A DNA stretch of 64,000 bases. Origin: Longimicrobiales bacterium (GTDB lineage: Bacteria > Gemmatimonadota > Gemmatimonadetes > Longimicrobiales > Gaopeijiaceae). Position numbers and translations under genes: made by a program. The stretch's first letter is position 1; each line of letters opens with the position of its first letter. The DNA lies in contig CBDANQ010000060.1 in NCBI GenBank assembly GCA_965197725.1, forward strand, positions 111,270-175,269, read 5' to 3'. The notes under the pieces are model-generated. The model had not been told where the DNA came from and did not search any database. It saw nothing but the letters and a program-made list of their open reading frames with translations. Below, in pieces: positions 10,593-21,845 of this stretch.

Positions 10593-11897
10593 GAGCCCTG
10601 CCTTCGACTGTCGTCCGTCGCATCGTGCCTGAAGCGGACCTCACGGAAGTCGTCCCAGGGAACCACCCGCCACCGGGACCCGTCGGGGTCGCTCGGGCGG
10701 TTCGCACCGATCGGGGCGATGAGGATGCCCTTGTTGTCCCAGTCGACGTCGTTGGAGTCGTCGAGCTCGAAGCTCCGTCCCGTCCAGGAGTGTCACCTTG
10801 GCCCCGAACGCGTCCCCTCGCTCGATCCGGCTCACGTAGCCGAGCTCGATCGTGAAGACCACATCGTCCGCACGACCGTTCAGAAATTCCCACGACCCGG
10901 CCTCGTCCGCGTCCCACCGAATCACGCCTTCGATCTGCTCACCCGACTGCGTGACCACGGTGCCCCGCAAGAGGTGGCCTCCATCGAAGGCGTCGTAACC
11001 AACGACCGCGTCCGCCTCATGGAAGCGCAGAATCTGGAAGTCCCGCCACGCGACCTCCACCATGCCGAGGCTCGGATCCGAGATCTGAATCCCGCGGTTT
11101 CCGCGGTCGACGTCGTTCGAGCCTGTGAGGTCCAGCTCGTCCCCGTTGACCAGCACGACCCGAGCCCCACCAGGGATACGCGCAATCGAGGTGATCTCGC
11201 CGAATCGAATGTCCAGCTCGTCACCCCCCTGCATCTCTTCGCCGTCCAGCACATCGGACTTGAGGATCTCGTCCAGATCCCACGAGACGTAGCCCGTGAA
11301 GCGATTGCCGTCACGGTCTTCGACGGTTCCGTAGAGTCGGCTAGCGGAGGCCCGGGCTCCAGAGGGCGCCGCGGAGAACACGACTCGATCGAGATCACCC
11401 CAGTCGAGCTCGACTCCACGCCGCCCGGGCACGTCCACCACCAGCTCACGGATGGAAGGTCCCAGATCCGTAGAGCCGCCCTCCAGCTCCACTAGCTCGC
11501 CAGAACGCAGGGTCAGCTCGACCCGGTCCGCACCGATGACGCGGAGAGACGCGAGGTGCCCGAAGCGAATGCCCGACGCCGCGGCGGATGGGAAGTCGGG
11601 GTCGTCCTCCTCCCAGGAAATCCGATACCCCCGCAGGTCGATGGTGCGCACCGGCGGTCCTTCTTCACCGCTCGATTCGACCCACGCCCGGTAGTTCTCC
11701 TCGGGGATCTCTTTGGATCCGTCCAGAATGTCCACCCAGCTGCCCTCGTTCCGGTCCCAGCGGATGAACCCCTCATGGACGTCGCCGGAGGTCGTGTACA
11801 CCTCGCCCCAGATCCGGTGGCCGTCCTGCGCCCACAGCGGACCGGCGAGCCACGTCGTACACAACAATGAGCAAGCAACCGTACGAGACAGCCCCAT
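10589..11897 (-). CDS. Secreted hypothetical protein with three internal repeats (frameshift near 10780)
   Basis: Signal peptide; the corrected frame ends in an ATGA overlap with the gene at 10592. Confidence 0.7.
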
Positions 11898-11934
11898 GTA
11901 GTTCCTTGCTGAAGCGAAGGCCTGAACCTGCTTG

Positions 11935-13524
11935 TCAATAGATACGACGGCCGTCCAAGTCCGCGGGAATCGGAATGCCCGCGAGCCCAGCGAGGGTGGG
12001 CGCGAAGTCCACGGTGTAGACGGGCGCGTCCGAAGTGCCGGACTCGACGCCCGCGCCCATGAAGATCATCTCCACGTGACGGTCGTACCAATACGTCGTT
12101 TCGTGGTTCGTGCCCGTGCGATATCCCACGAGGTCTCCCTCTCCGAATCGGACTTCGACGCCCCAGCGCGATAGCGGCCCCCACGCGCGCCCCGGGTAAT
12201 GCGAGTTGCGAAAGAGGACCGCGAAGGAGTCGGCGGGCTCACCGCGCGTCAGTTCCGAATGCGTGTACGCCTTCGCTACGAGTCCCCGCTTCTCGACGAG
12301 CCGGGCGAGCCGCTCCGCGAACTCCTCCGGCGAGCCACCGTCGCGCGTCGTTTCGTTGAGCGCCTCGGCGAGCCGTGCGTTCCTCTCCGTGTCCGGGATT
12401 CGTACGGCGTCCGGGTTCGTGCCCATCTCCACCTGAGCCTCGGGGATCGTGACGACGCCGTGGTCTCCGGCGAGGCCGATCAACCACTCTCCTTCGCCGA
12501 CCTCCTCGTCCAGGTACTCGAAGAACTCGCCGAGAAGCCGATCGACGTGGATCAGGTTCGAGAGCTGCTCCTGACTGAAGGGGCCGTAGGCGTGCCCGAT
12601 GCGGTCCGTGGCGGAGAGTGAGATCGCCAGATAGTCCTGATTACGGCGCTGGCCGAGCTTCAGCTCGTCGATCACCTCATGCGCCAGCGCCATGACCGCG
12701 GCATCGACGCGCGACTGCTCGAAGCCCCACACGTTGTGGACCTGTGGGTGGTCTTCGGCGTTCTCCTCCGAGCTCACATGCGGGAACGTCGAGTGAACGC
12801 CATCGAACTCGTAGGTCGCGGAGTCGGGACGCGCGAGACTCCGAAGCCGCGCTGGTACGTCCGTGTTCCACACCGTGTCTTGCGCGATCGCTGGCATGAA
12901 GCTGCCGTTGAAGCGCATGAGCCACTCCGGATAGCTGTTCAGGTAGTGCGTAGAGGTGATGAAGCGACCGAGCTCAGGCAGCAGCCAGTACACCTGTTCG
13001 CTCGTCTTGCCACCCATCGGGATCGCGGCGCGATCCTTCTTCGAGATCGATACCCGGCGCGACTCGTCGTTTGCGGCGCGGAGCCAGTCGGGAAGGCCTT
13101 CGCGGATCATCGCTTTCGGAGACCGCCCTTCGAGGACCTGCACGGTCTCGAAGCCGAGGATTCTGCGTGGGGGGTCGGCGACGGCGTATGAGCTCTCCCA
13201 CTCACCACCGACCTGCTGGAACCAGGAGTTCGCGACGACGGCGTGGCGGGAGGGAAAGACCCCGGTGGTGAGCGTCGCGTGACCCGGAGCCGTGCTCGTG
13301 CGCGCGTGCGCGTGCGACGCCTGCGTGAAGCGGAACCCCTCGTCGAGCAGACGGCGGAAGCCGGCGGTGAAGGCCGGCTCATAGCGGTCGAGGAGATCCC
13401 CCCGAAGCTGATCGACGACCAGCATGATCACCAGCCTCGGACCACCGTCCTGCGCCGAAAGGCTGGGCGCGACTATAGCACCGAGCGTCAGCGCCAGAAA
13501 CTGTATGCGGAGGAAGCCTGTCAT
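11935..13524 (-). CDS. Alkaline phosphatase superfamily protein (PafA-like)
   Basis: VVDQLR, TSTAPGHATL (Thr nucleophile), ISKKDRAAI, DRIGHAYGP, GDHG. Confidence 0.85.
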   Translation of the reverse strand: MTGFLRIQFLALTLGAIVAPSLSAQDGGPRLVIMLVVDQLRGDLLDRYEPAFTAGFRRLLDEGFRFTQASHAHARTSTAPGHATLTTGVFPSRHAVVANSWFQQVGGEWESSYAVADPPRRILGFETVQVLEGRSPKAMIREGLPDWLRAANDESRRVSISKKDRAAIPMGGKTSEQVYWLLPELGRFITSTHYLNSYPEWLMRFNGSFMPAIAQDTVWNTDVPARLRSLARPDSATYEFDGVHSTFPHVSSEENAEDHPQVHNVWGFEQSRVDAAVMALAHEVIDELKLGQRRNQDYLAISLSATDRIGHAYGPFSQEQLSNLIHVDRLLGEFFEYLDEEVGEGEWLIGLAGDHGVVTIPEAQVEMGTNPDAVRIPDTERNARLAEALNETTRDGGSPEEFAERLARLVEKRGLVAKAYTHSELTRGEPADSFAVLFRNSHYPGRAWGPLSRWGVEVRFGEGDLVGYRTGTNHETTYWYDRHVEMIFMGAGVESGTSDAPVYTVDFAPTLAGLAGIPIPADLDGRRIY

Positions 13525-13587
13525 GCTTCGGTTCTCTGAAGAGTTCTGCCACCTGGCGGACAACTAGATTATCACGTAACCGGAGTT

Positions 13588-14004
13588 GTGCGTACCATGA
13601 TGGACCACATCGAGATCCATACTCGGGGCAAGGGCCTCCTCGAGATCACCGACACGGTGCAAGGCGTCGTCCGTGCCAGCGGCCTGGATCAAGGGCTGTG
13701 CACGGTGATGGTCCAGCACACGTCAGCGAGCCTCACGATCCAGGAGAACGTGGACCCGTCCGCCCGTCGCGACCTCGAGCTTTGGCTGGAGCGGCTCGTG
13801 CCGGAGGACGACCCCAACTTCACGCACGTGCACGAAGGTCCGGATGACATGCCGTCCCACATTAAGGCGGCGCTGACGTCGACCACGCTGTCGATCCCCA
13901 TCGAGCGAGGCGCGCTGGCGCTTGGTACGTGGCAGGGGATTTACCTCTGGGAGCACCGTCGGCGTGGGTCGGTGCGGCGGTGTGTGGTGCATGTTGGGGA
14001 GTGA
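13588..14004 (+). CDS. yjbQ: YjbQ/UPF0047 family protein
   Basis: [35 protein letters not shown]. Confidence 0.9.
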   Translation: MRTMMDHIEIHTRGKGLLEITDTVQGVVRASGLDQGLCTVMVQHTSASLTIQENVDPSARRDLELWLERLVPEDDPNFTHVHEGPDDMPSHIKAALTSTTLSIPIERGALALGTWQGIYLWEHRRRGSVRRCVVHVGE

Positions 14005-15008
14005 GGGGTCCCTGGCTCGGCCCGTCGCCGGCGATGCCGCCTCGATACTCGTCGCCGTCCTCGTCGCGACAGGCTGCGGCGACCCCGTGCAGCGCCCTGG
14101 CGCGTCCACGAGTGACACCGCGAGGGCCGCTCTTCGCATCGTCGCCGTCACGCACGGCGTCTCGGCGAACCCATTCTGGTCGGTGGTGATCAACGGCCTC
14201 GACGACGCGGCACATGACATGGGCGTAAGGGTCGAGTACCAGGCGCCGAGCACGTTCGACATGGTCACGATGAGCGAGCTCATCGACGCAGCCGTCGCCT
14301 CCCGCCCGGACGGCCTCGTAGTGTCGGTGCCCGACCCCGACGCGCTGGGTGCCTCCATCCGGATGGCCGTCGAGGTCGGCATCCCGGTGATCACCATCAA
14401 CTCGGGGGAGGACGCGTCAGCCTCCCTAAGGCGCCCTGGCTCACGTGGGCCAGGCCGAGTACGACGCGGGCTTCGGCGGGGGCGAGCGGCTCGCGGAGGC
14501 CGGTGTGCAGCGCGTCCTGTGCGTGAACCAGGAGGTCGGCAACGCCGCGCTCGATACCAGGTGTCAGGGCCTCACGGACGCGCTGGCGGAGCATGGTGTG
14601 CCGGTGTCGGTGCTGGCCGTGGAGCTCGCGGATCCCGAAGACACGCGCCAGCGGGTCGCCGGGGCGCTCTTGGCGGATTCCACGATCGATGGCATGCTCG
14701 CGCTCGGGACCACCGGCGCGGAGCCCGCGCTCGCGGCGCTTCACGACCTCGGTCGCGTCGGCGCAGTGCGCCTCGGCACGTTCGACCTTTCGACGCTGGT
14801 GCTCGAGGCGATCCGAGACGGTGAGATCGACTTCGCCATCGACCAGCAGCAGTATCTCCAGGGCTACCTGCCCGTCGTCCTGCTCACGCTGTACATCGAG
14901 ACCGGCACCGTGCCGGGCGGAGGGCACGCGATTCCGACCGGACCGGGCTTCGTGACCATCGAGACCGCGCAGCAAGTCATGGACCTCACGCGCCGCGGCG
15001 TGCGGTGA
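14001..15008 (+). CDS. Sugar (inositol-type) ABC substrate-binding lipoprotein, frameshifted near 14430
   Basis: VATGC lipobox, [32 protein letters not shown] split over two frames; start approximate. Confidence 0.8.
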
Positions 15009-15195
15009 GCCGGCGCGCGGCTGGCGTCCTCGCCCGCCCCTTCAACCGCCCTGGGGCCGCGGCGGCGGTAGGCGCCGTCCTCATCTGGCTCCTCTTTGCG
15101 GGTGCGGCCGGACCGGCGTTCCGGAGCATGACGGGCACCGCATCGTACCTGAACGCCGCGGCGCCGCTCGGAATCCTGGCGGTGGGCGTTGCGCT
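15005..15195 (+). pseudogene. Truncated sugar ABC permease (N-terminal ~64 aa only)
   Basis: Two hydrophobic segments ending [10 protein letters not shown], then an abrupt join to the ATPase gene. Confidence 0.7.
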
Positions 15196-15947
15196 CCGTC
15201 GCGCAGCCGCGCCTCGAGGCGCGCGACGTATCGATGCGCTTCGGCGGGGTCGTGGCGCTCGAGCACGCGTCCCTGTCCGCGCGCGCTGGCGAGGTGACGT
15301 GCCTGCTCGGGGACAACGGCGCCGGCAAGTCGACACTCATCAAGGTTCTGGCTGGCGTGCACCCACCGACCGGGGGCGCATGCCTACTGGACGGGGAGAC
15401 GGTTCGATTCCGCTCTCCCAGGGAGGCGCTGAGCCGCGGGATCGCGACGGTCTACCAAGACCTCGCGATGGTGCCGCTGATGAGCGTGTGGCGAAACTTT
15501 TTTCTTGGCTCCGAGCCGACGAGTGGCCGGGGACCGTTCCGCCGAATCGACGCGGACCGCTGCAGAGAGGAAACACGCGCCGAGCTCGCGGCGATGGGGA
15601 TCGAGCTTCGGGATCCGGAGCAGCCGGTCGGAAGCCTGTCAGGCGGGGAGCGCCAGGCCGTCGCGATCGCCAGGGCGCTCCACTTCGGCGCCCGCGTCCT
15701 GATCTTGGACGAGCCCACCGCCGCACTCGGGCTTCGGCAGTCCGAGCGTGTCCTGGAGCACGTCCGCACGGCGGCCGACCGAGGCGTCGCCGTGGTGTTC
15801 GTCACGCATACGCCGCACCACGCTCACCCCGTTGGGGACCGCTTCGTCGTGCTGCGCAGAGGACGGGTCGTCGCGGACGAGCTGCGGGAGGCGCTGCCCG
15901 TCGAGGAGCTGGCGGCATTGATGGCAGGCGGGGCGTTCCCGGACTGA
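15189..15947 (+). CDS. Sugar ABC transporter ATP-binding protein
   Basis: [22 protein letters not shown]. Confidence 0.9.
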   Translation: MRSVAQPRLEARDVSMRFGGVVALEHASLSARAGEVTCLLGDNGAGKSTLIKVLAGVHPPTGGACLLDGETVRFRSPREALSRGIATVYQDLAMVPLMSVWRNFFLGSEPTSGRGPFRRIDADRCREETRAELAAMGIELRDPEQPVGSLSGGERQAVAIARALHFGARVLILDEPTAALGLRQSERVLEHVRTAADRGVAVVFVTHTPHHAHPVGDRFVVLRRGRVVADELREALPVEELAALMAGGAFPD

Positions 15948-15953
15948 CCCGCG

Positions 15954-16805
15954 TCAGAACGGCCGCCTCTTCACCATGAAGTCCCAATAGGCCTTCACGT
16001 CTTCGACGCTCAGCAAATCCACGCCGGCATCCAGTAGTTGACTCCACACTGCCTCGGTGCGTTGCCTGCCGGGGGAGGGGATGTTCGAAAACCGAAGGCG
16101 GTAGCCTCCTCGGTGAGCCTCCTCGATTCTTTGCGCCAGCCGGCGAGAGTCACGCTCAGAGAGGTTTCCCAAACCGCGCCAGCTGAAATGGTCTTCCCAA
16201 TCGTCGCTGATTACGGAAATGAAGTTTGCGGGAACACGCGCCGCCGAGTTCTCAATGTCCTCGAGGCGGCCATCATAGCTGGCGATTCGCACGGCCTCGC
16301 TCGTCATCAACCTGCGCGGCCGATTCCCCGACACGATCACTGAGATCGCTCTCGTCTGAACCTGGGTCTCGGAGTAAGTAGTGAGCATGTCCGAATACTG
16401 CGCGAGTACGCCACGCAGTTCCTCGTACGTCGACCTCGCATCCGATTTGATGTCGATGAGGAGATCGAGCGAGTGTGCGCTCGCATAGACCCAGCCGTTG
16501 TGCGCTCGCACATGATCTCTAAGCGGATCCAGGTAGAGCGCCTGAAGCGTTTTGGTCGATTCCAGATCCTCCTCGTCGTGGCCGACCAGGAGCGCTCCCT
16601 CAACGAGGTGGATGTCCACTTCGATGCTGATGAACCCGAGCGATAGAGCGTCCCACAACGGCGTTTGGCGCAGGTAGTCGTTGTGCGAATGGCCGGAGAG
16701 GATCGGCTCATTCGGGATCGCGACGGCGGTGCCCGGATCAACTTGCGCCCAAGCGCCGGTACCGCCGCAAACGAAGAGCGTCAGAAGGGTTAGCACATGC
16801 TTCAT
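15954..16805 (-). CDS. Secreted PLC-like/glycerophosphodiester phosphodiesterase family protein
   Basis: Signal peptide, HSHNDY, IEVDI, LVGHD, LLIDIK. Confidence 0.75.
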   Translation of the reverse strand: MKHVLTLLTLFVCGGTGAWAQVDPGTAVAIPNEPILSGHSHNDYLRQTPLWDALSLGFISIEVDIHLVEGALLVGHDEEDLESTKTLQALYLDPLRDHVRAHNGWVYASAHSLDLLIDIKSDARSTYEELRGVLAQYSDMLTTYSETQVQTRAISVIVSGNRPRRLMTSEAVRIASYDGRLEDIENSAARVPANFISVISDDWEDHFSWRGLGNLSERDSRRLAQRIEEAHRGGYRLRFSNIPSPGRQRTEAVWSQLLDAGVDLLSVEDVKAYWDFMVKRRPF

Positions 16806-16810
16806 GTCAG

Positions 16811-17966
16811 TCAGCGCCGATTCAGGTTCAGGCCCGTCCCGAGCCCCAGGGTCGAGCGTGACGACAGCCCGAAGCTGAACTCCCTGCTCTGGGTGACCGT
16901 GGCCCACAGGCCCAGTGCTGCGAGGGGCCCGGGCAAGACGCCTGGATAGACGTTCACCCCGATGAAGTTATGTGCATCGTACCCCAGCACCATGCTCGCC
17001 AGCAGCGAGTCGTCCCGATCGAGGTAGAACGCCCCCGCGGGTCGCGGCTCGATGCTCTCCTGGCCGGTCTCAGGGTCGACGATACGGAGGTTGCCGTCGA
17101 TTCCCCCTGCCACACCGAGGCTCAACCCGCTGTCGAAGCGGTAGGTGAGCCCGCCCAGCCCCTGCTGCCCGAGCGTTAGCAGCAATCGTGTCCGCTCGAG
17201 GAAGGGGAGGCGGACCTTGTACGCCAGGATCTGGCCCACGTTCTGTACCCGCGTCCCCGGAAGCGCCACCGCCGCCTGTGGGGACCAGTCGGTGGCGTGC
17301 AGCTCCTCCTTAAAAAAATCGCGCCAATCCATCTATTCGGAAGAGGATGATGCCGAGTGGGTCGAAGATCAGCAGATCGGCCACTCCAGACCCGGACCCC
17401 GTCCCGTCCGGATGCTCGATGATCTCATTGACCATCATGGTCCCCATCAAGTAGACGGCCGATGAGAGGGCGGGCATGGGAACTCCGTTGGCCACGAACC
17501 ACTCCTCCAAGTACCGGGAAGTGATGCCGCCCCCGAGGATGTGGCCTCCGTAGTTCGCCGCCCACGCCCACTCCCACACCTTGGCCGTGGGAAGGAACTC
17601 CCGCTTCAACCAAGTACCCCAACCGCCCGCTCGGTCGATGGCTGTCCGCGGGTGAGTCAGCCCGTCGACGACGGCGCTGAAACCGTTTCCCCACTGGACT
17701 TCGCGGATGTCCCTGGGCTGGTCTCGAAAGTGGAGGAGTGAGAATCCCCGATTGAACAGGACGTTGAGGGGCCCCATGACCGAAACGCTGCCGAAATTCA
17801 GGTCCGGTCGGTAGAAGATTGGGCTCGGGCCGGAGGTCGAAGCGGCGGACGAGTCCGCCGACGCATCGCCCACTCGCGGAGCGTGCGCTTTCCCCCCCGG
17901 GATGAGGATCGGCAGCGCCGCGACCAGGACGGCGCGTCGAAGGAGGGTACGATTGGCGGTGGTCAT
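16811..17966 (-). CDS. Hypothetical envelope protein split by a frameshift in a T7 run at ~17312-17318
   Basis: The two ORFs join (ARFF-KEEL) if one T is removed. Confidence 0.65.
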
Positions 17967-18049
17967 AGCGCTTGCCCCATACGCCCCGCGGTGATCTACT
18001 ACGAAACCCGAGACGGCCCGGACCTCAACTGAATGGAGGGGAATTGCCC

Positions 18050-18199
18050 GTGTCCAACACTGACCTCGACAAACTCGACATCGGTGATCCCACGCTCGAA
18101 GCGGACAATAGGCTGAGCGCCACGCTTATCAAGTATCTCCTGTGGATTGGGGGAGGTCTCTTCGCGATATGGATTGGGGCGATCGGGCTCTTCCTCTGA
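18050..18199 (+). CDS. Small single-TM membrane protein, 49 aa
   Basis: GGAGG RBS then GTG; acidic N-terminus and hydrophobic C-terminus. Confidence 0.5.
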   Translation: MSNTDLDKLDIGDPTLEADNRLSATLIKYLLWIGGGLFAIWIGAIGLFL

Positions 18200-18369
18200 T
18201 CGGTGTAAGGTAGGTCGACCTCGTTCTCGACACGGGACCGGAGCGACGCGCGGGTGGTGCCCTGGAATCGGATGCTGGAACTCGACTGGACCTGACCCAG
18301 CCCCTTGGCGGGGGCGCGAGCCATGCACCAACACCTTTCGAGGGCGCGCGTTCGCGCTCCGCCATCTTT

Positions 18370-19461
18370 TTAGCGCGAGCAGTCAGGCTGTGGCCGACCA
18401 ATCTTGGTGAGGGCAATCTGGTACAACTGCTGGTAGCGCGCGCGCATTGCCCCCGCGACCGTGAGCAGGTAGAAACGCCACATCCTGCGGAAGCGTTCTC
18501 CATAGCTCGCCTCGAGCGTCGGCCAGGCTCGTTCGAAGTTCTCGTACCACGCCAGAAGGGTCCTGTCGTAGTCCGGGCCGAAGTTATGTACGTCTTCGAC
18601 ACTGAACAGCTCTTCCGCTGCCCTCGCCACCTGCGCCAGGGATGGAACCAGCGCGTTGGGAAATATGTATTTTCCGAACCAGGGGTCGATGGCTCTGGTG
18701 CTGCGGTTTCCAGCGATCGTGTGGAGGAGGGCGATTCCGTCGTCTCGTAGGCAACGATGAACGACCTCCATGAAGGCGCGGTGGTTCTTGTAGCCGACGT
18801 GTTCGAACATCCCTATGGAGACAACGGCATCGTAGGAACCGGTGGCCTCGCGGTAATCGGCAAGACGAATGTCTATGGGAAGCCCCTCGCATGCTTGTCT
18901 ACCGAGCTGGACTTGGTCCCGAGAAACCGTGAAGCCGGTAACCTCGACACCGTAGCGCTCGGCCGCATACTTGGCGAAGCCGCCCCAGCCACAACCGATG
19001 TCGAGCACCTTCATTCCCGGCCGAAGACCGACTTTTCGACAGACCAGGTCGAGCTTCGCGGTCTGCGCCTCTTCGAGGTCGTTCGCTTGACGCCAATACG
19101 CGCACGAATAGACCATTCGAGGGTCGAGCATGGCCTGGTAGAGGTCGTTGCCCAGGTCGTAGTGCTGCTCACCGATCTCAAACGCCCGGTCTGTGGCCTG
19201 CAGGTTCAGCGTCTTGGCCCGCAACACGTGAAAAACGCTGCTCCAGTTGGCGCGGACCTTTTTGTCGATCTCGGCACGGATGAGTTTTACCGTCAGATCG
19301 TCTAGGGCGTCGCAATCCCACTGCCCGTCCATATACGACTCGCCGAAGCCAAGCAAACCGTTGCTAAGGATACGGGTGTAGAGTCTCCTGTCGTGAACTT
19401 GCATGTCCTGAGGACGGGCACCGTCGACGCGGATATCCGCGTCTTCGAACAAGCGCACCAT
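18370..19461 (-). CDS. cfa: Cyclopropane-fatty-acyl-phospholipid synthase
   Basis: HYDLGN, YSCAYW, LDIGCGWGG, SIGMFEHVG. Confidence 0.95.
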   Translation of the reverse strand: MVRLFEDADIRVDGARPQDMQVHDRRLYTRILSNGLLGFGESYMDGQWDCDALDDLTVKLIRAEIDKKVRANWSSVFHVLRAKTLNLQATDRAFEIGEQHYDLGNDLYQAMLDPRMVYSCAYWRQANDLEEAQTAKLDLVCRKVGLRPGMKVLDIGCGWGGFAKYAAERYGVEVTGFTVSRDQVQLGRQACEGLPIDIRLADYREATGSYDAVVSIGMFEHVGYKNHRAFMEVVHRCLRDDGIALLHTIAGNRSTRAIDPWFGKYIFPNALVPSLAQVARAAEELFSVEDVHNFGPDYDRTLLAWYENFERAWPTLEASYGERFRRMWRFYLLTVAGAMRARYQQLYQIALTKIGRPQPDCSR

Positions 19462-19749
19462 AATTCGTTCCGATTGCGCGTCCAGGGAACGCAGGAGAGC
19501 GTTGCGGGGGGGGGGCCGGCGATCGTGTCGCGTTCACTTGCATGGTTACTCATTCCGTTGGTCCGACCGGTCACGACTCGGCAAGAACGAGCAGAATTCG
19601 TACTGCGATCTCGATTGCGCCGCCAGTGGGAATGCTTGCGCGAGCTGAGGCGCGCGCTCCCGAATTCGTGCGATTCGGCTGCGACTCCGCGTCCTAGTCG
19701 GGAAAGGGTCGCATTGCCGGCCCGACGCCCAAAAAGCGACGGAGGTCCC

Positions 19750-21630
19750 ATGCCCGCACTCATGCTCGTGATACTCAGCTTGGCCTCGATCCTCGGAGCG
19801 CACGCCTCGCCGAAGGCGGTGGCGCCGCTCGGCGGTGGGGTCGCGGTCTTCGTCACGGGCTCGGTCGTCGATGCGTCCTCGAACCAAGCGCTGGCGGGAG
19901 CACAGGTCTACGTCCCCGTCGCCTCGTCCGGAACTCTCACGAATTCCGGTGGCCGGTTCATGGTCTCGCTGGACGACGGCTACGTCGGCCAGGAGGTCGA
20001 CGTGGTCGCGCAGCTCATCGGGTACGCGAGCCAGCGAATTACCATTCGGTTGACGGCAGGGGAGAACGCGCTCGACTTCCGGCTGCGGGCGGTGGCCGTG
20101 GAGCTCGACGAACTCGTGGTGGCCGCCGGGCGCGAGACGCGCACGTTGGCCCTTTCCGGCGGCCTCTCCCTGAGCGTAGCGTCTGACCGCGGACTGCCGC
20201 ACGATACTGAGGCGTACGCCCACATCGAGGAGAGCGGATTCCGCCCGGTGGCTACGGCGCCGCTGTCCACCTTTTCTATCGATGTCGATCGGGCCTCCTA
20301 CGCGAACGTGCGCCGGTTCATCCAAGACGGTCGGAGGCCTCCCCTCGATGCCGTCCGGATCGAGGAACTCGTCAACTACTTCCCCTACGGGGGCGCGGAG
20401 CCGCAAGGAGATGCGCCCTTCGCGGTGACGACAGAAGTCACGCGGGCCCCCTGGGCACCGGATCATCACCTCGTGCGCATCGGTGTGCGGGCGCAGTCGA
20501 TCCCAATGGATGATCTGTCCGCCAGCAACCTGGTCTTCCTGATCGACGTATCGGGTTCGATGTCCGCACAGGACAAGCTGCCTCTGCTGCGGCGTTCCTT
20601 CCGGCTGCTCGTGGATCAGCTGCGACCTCAGGACCGAGTGGCCATCGTCGTATACGCCGGCGCGGCCGGACTGGTGTTGCCGTCGACCCCCGGGTATCGG
20701 AAGCAGGAGATCGTGGCCGCGATCGACCGCCTGCGGGCCGGCGGCTCGACAGCTGGCGGCGCCGGGCTGCACCTCGCCTATCGGGTCGCTCAGGACAACT
20801 TCATCGAAGGCGGCAACAACCGTGTGATCCTCGCCACCGACGGCGACTTCAACGTCGGCCCCTCAAGCGACGGGGACATGGTGCGCCTCATCGAGGAGAA
20901 GCGCGAGCAGGGAGCCTTCCTCACAGTGCTCGGCTTCGGTCAGGGCAACTTGAAGGACTCCAAGATGGAGCAGCTCGCCGACCACGGGAACGGAAACTTC
21001 GAGTACATCGACTCCGAGCTCGAGGCGAAAAAGGTCCTGGTGAGCGAGATGTCCGGCACGCTCTTCACGATCGCCAAGGACGTGAAGATCCAGGTCGAGT
21101 TCAATCCGGCCCGGGTCGCGGAGTACCGCCTCATCGGGTACGAGAACCGTCTGCTGGCCGACGAAGACTTCAACGACGACACCAAAGACGCGGGGGAGCT
21201 CGGCGCCGGCCACACAGTGACCGCCCTCTACGAACTTATGCCCACGAAGGCGGGGGTCGAGCGCGCACGCGTCGATCCGCTCCGCTTCCAGTCCTCAACG
21301 GCGACGGAGGCCGCCGATTCTCGGGAGTTGATGTACGTGAAGCTCCGCTACAAGGAGCCGAACGGTGAGCAGAGCCGGCTCATGGAAGTGCCCGTATTCG
21401 CTGGGGACGAGGTCGATGTGGCCTCGCCCGACCTACGCTTCGCCGCAGCGGTCGCGGCCTGGGGAATGATCCTCCGTGACTCCAGGTACACCGACGGGTT
21501 CGAGCTGTTAGAGGTACTCGATCTGGCCCGCGGAGCACTCGGTGAGGACGTGGGCGGCTACCGGGCCGAGTTCCTACGGTTGGTCGAACGCACGCGCGTC
21601 ATGGAGCTGACGGCGAGCCGGCGCGACTGA
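19750..21630 (+). CDS. YfbK-like von Willebrand factor A protein with N-terminal carboxypeptidase-regulatory-like domain
   Basis: GGAGG RBS; STFSIDVDRASY, MIDAS DVSGSM, ATDGDFNVG, YRLIGYENR. Confidence 0.9.
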   Translation: MPALMLVILSLASILGAHASPKAVAPLGGGVAVFVTGSVVDASSNQALAGAQVYVPVASSGTLTNSGGRFMVSLDDGYVGQEVDVVAQLIGYASQRITIRLTAGENALDFRLRAVAVELDELVVAAGRETRTLALSGGLSLSVASDRGLPHDTEAYAHIEESGFRPVATAPLSTFSIDVDRASYANVRRFIQDGRRPPLDAVRIEELVNYFPYGGAEPQGDAPFAVTTEVTRAPWAPDHHLVRIGVRAQSIPMDDLSASNLVFLIDVSGSMSAQDKLPLLRRSFRLLVDQLRPQDRVAIVVYAGAAGLVLPSTPGYRKQEIVAAIDRLRAGGSTAGGAGLHLAYRVAQDNFIEGGNNRVILATDGDFNVGPSSDGDMVRLIEEKREQGAFLTVLGFGQGNLKDSKMEQLADHGNGNFEYIDSELEAKKVLVSEMSGTLFTIAKDVKIQVEFNPARVAEYRLIGYENRLLADEDFNDDTKDAGELGAGHTVTALYELMPTKAGVERARVDPLRFQSSTATEAADSRELMYVKLRYKEPNGEQSRLMEVPVFAGDEVDVASPDLRFAAAVAAWGMILRDSRYTDGFELLEVLDLARGALGEDVGGYRAEFLRLVERTRVMELTASRRD

Positions 21631-21674
21631 CGCATCCCGTCATTCCGCTATATTTTGGGACTCCCGGAGGCTTC

Positions 21675-21845
21675 ATGAAACGAGTGATTCGCAAGGCGTC
21701 GAGCCACGACGATGCCCATCGCTGGGATATCGAACAGCAGCTGTCGATGACGCCGGAAGAGCGCTTGCGAGCAGCCCGTGCGATCAAGGACCGGGCATAC
21801 CCCGACCAGGCAAAGGACGTGCGCGCTTGTCATCGGTCCGGATAG
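21675..21845 (+). CDS. Small 56-aa protein (MTPEERL motif), partner of the nucleotidyltransferase
   Basis: GGAGG RBS; MKRVIRKASSHDDAHRWDIEQQLSMTPEERLRAAR...; overlaps the next gene. Confidence 0.7.
   Translation: MKRVIRKASSHDDAHRWDIEQQLSMTPEERLRAARAIKDRAYPDQAKDVRACHRSG

Noticed and set aside
17310..17320. Phase variation at a T7 tract, and programmed frameshifting in other split genes
   Set aside because: Single-base indels occur in about ten unrelated genes, which fits long-read error or decay better; only the IS3 A7G site is canonical
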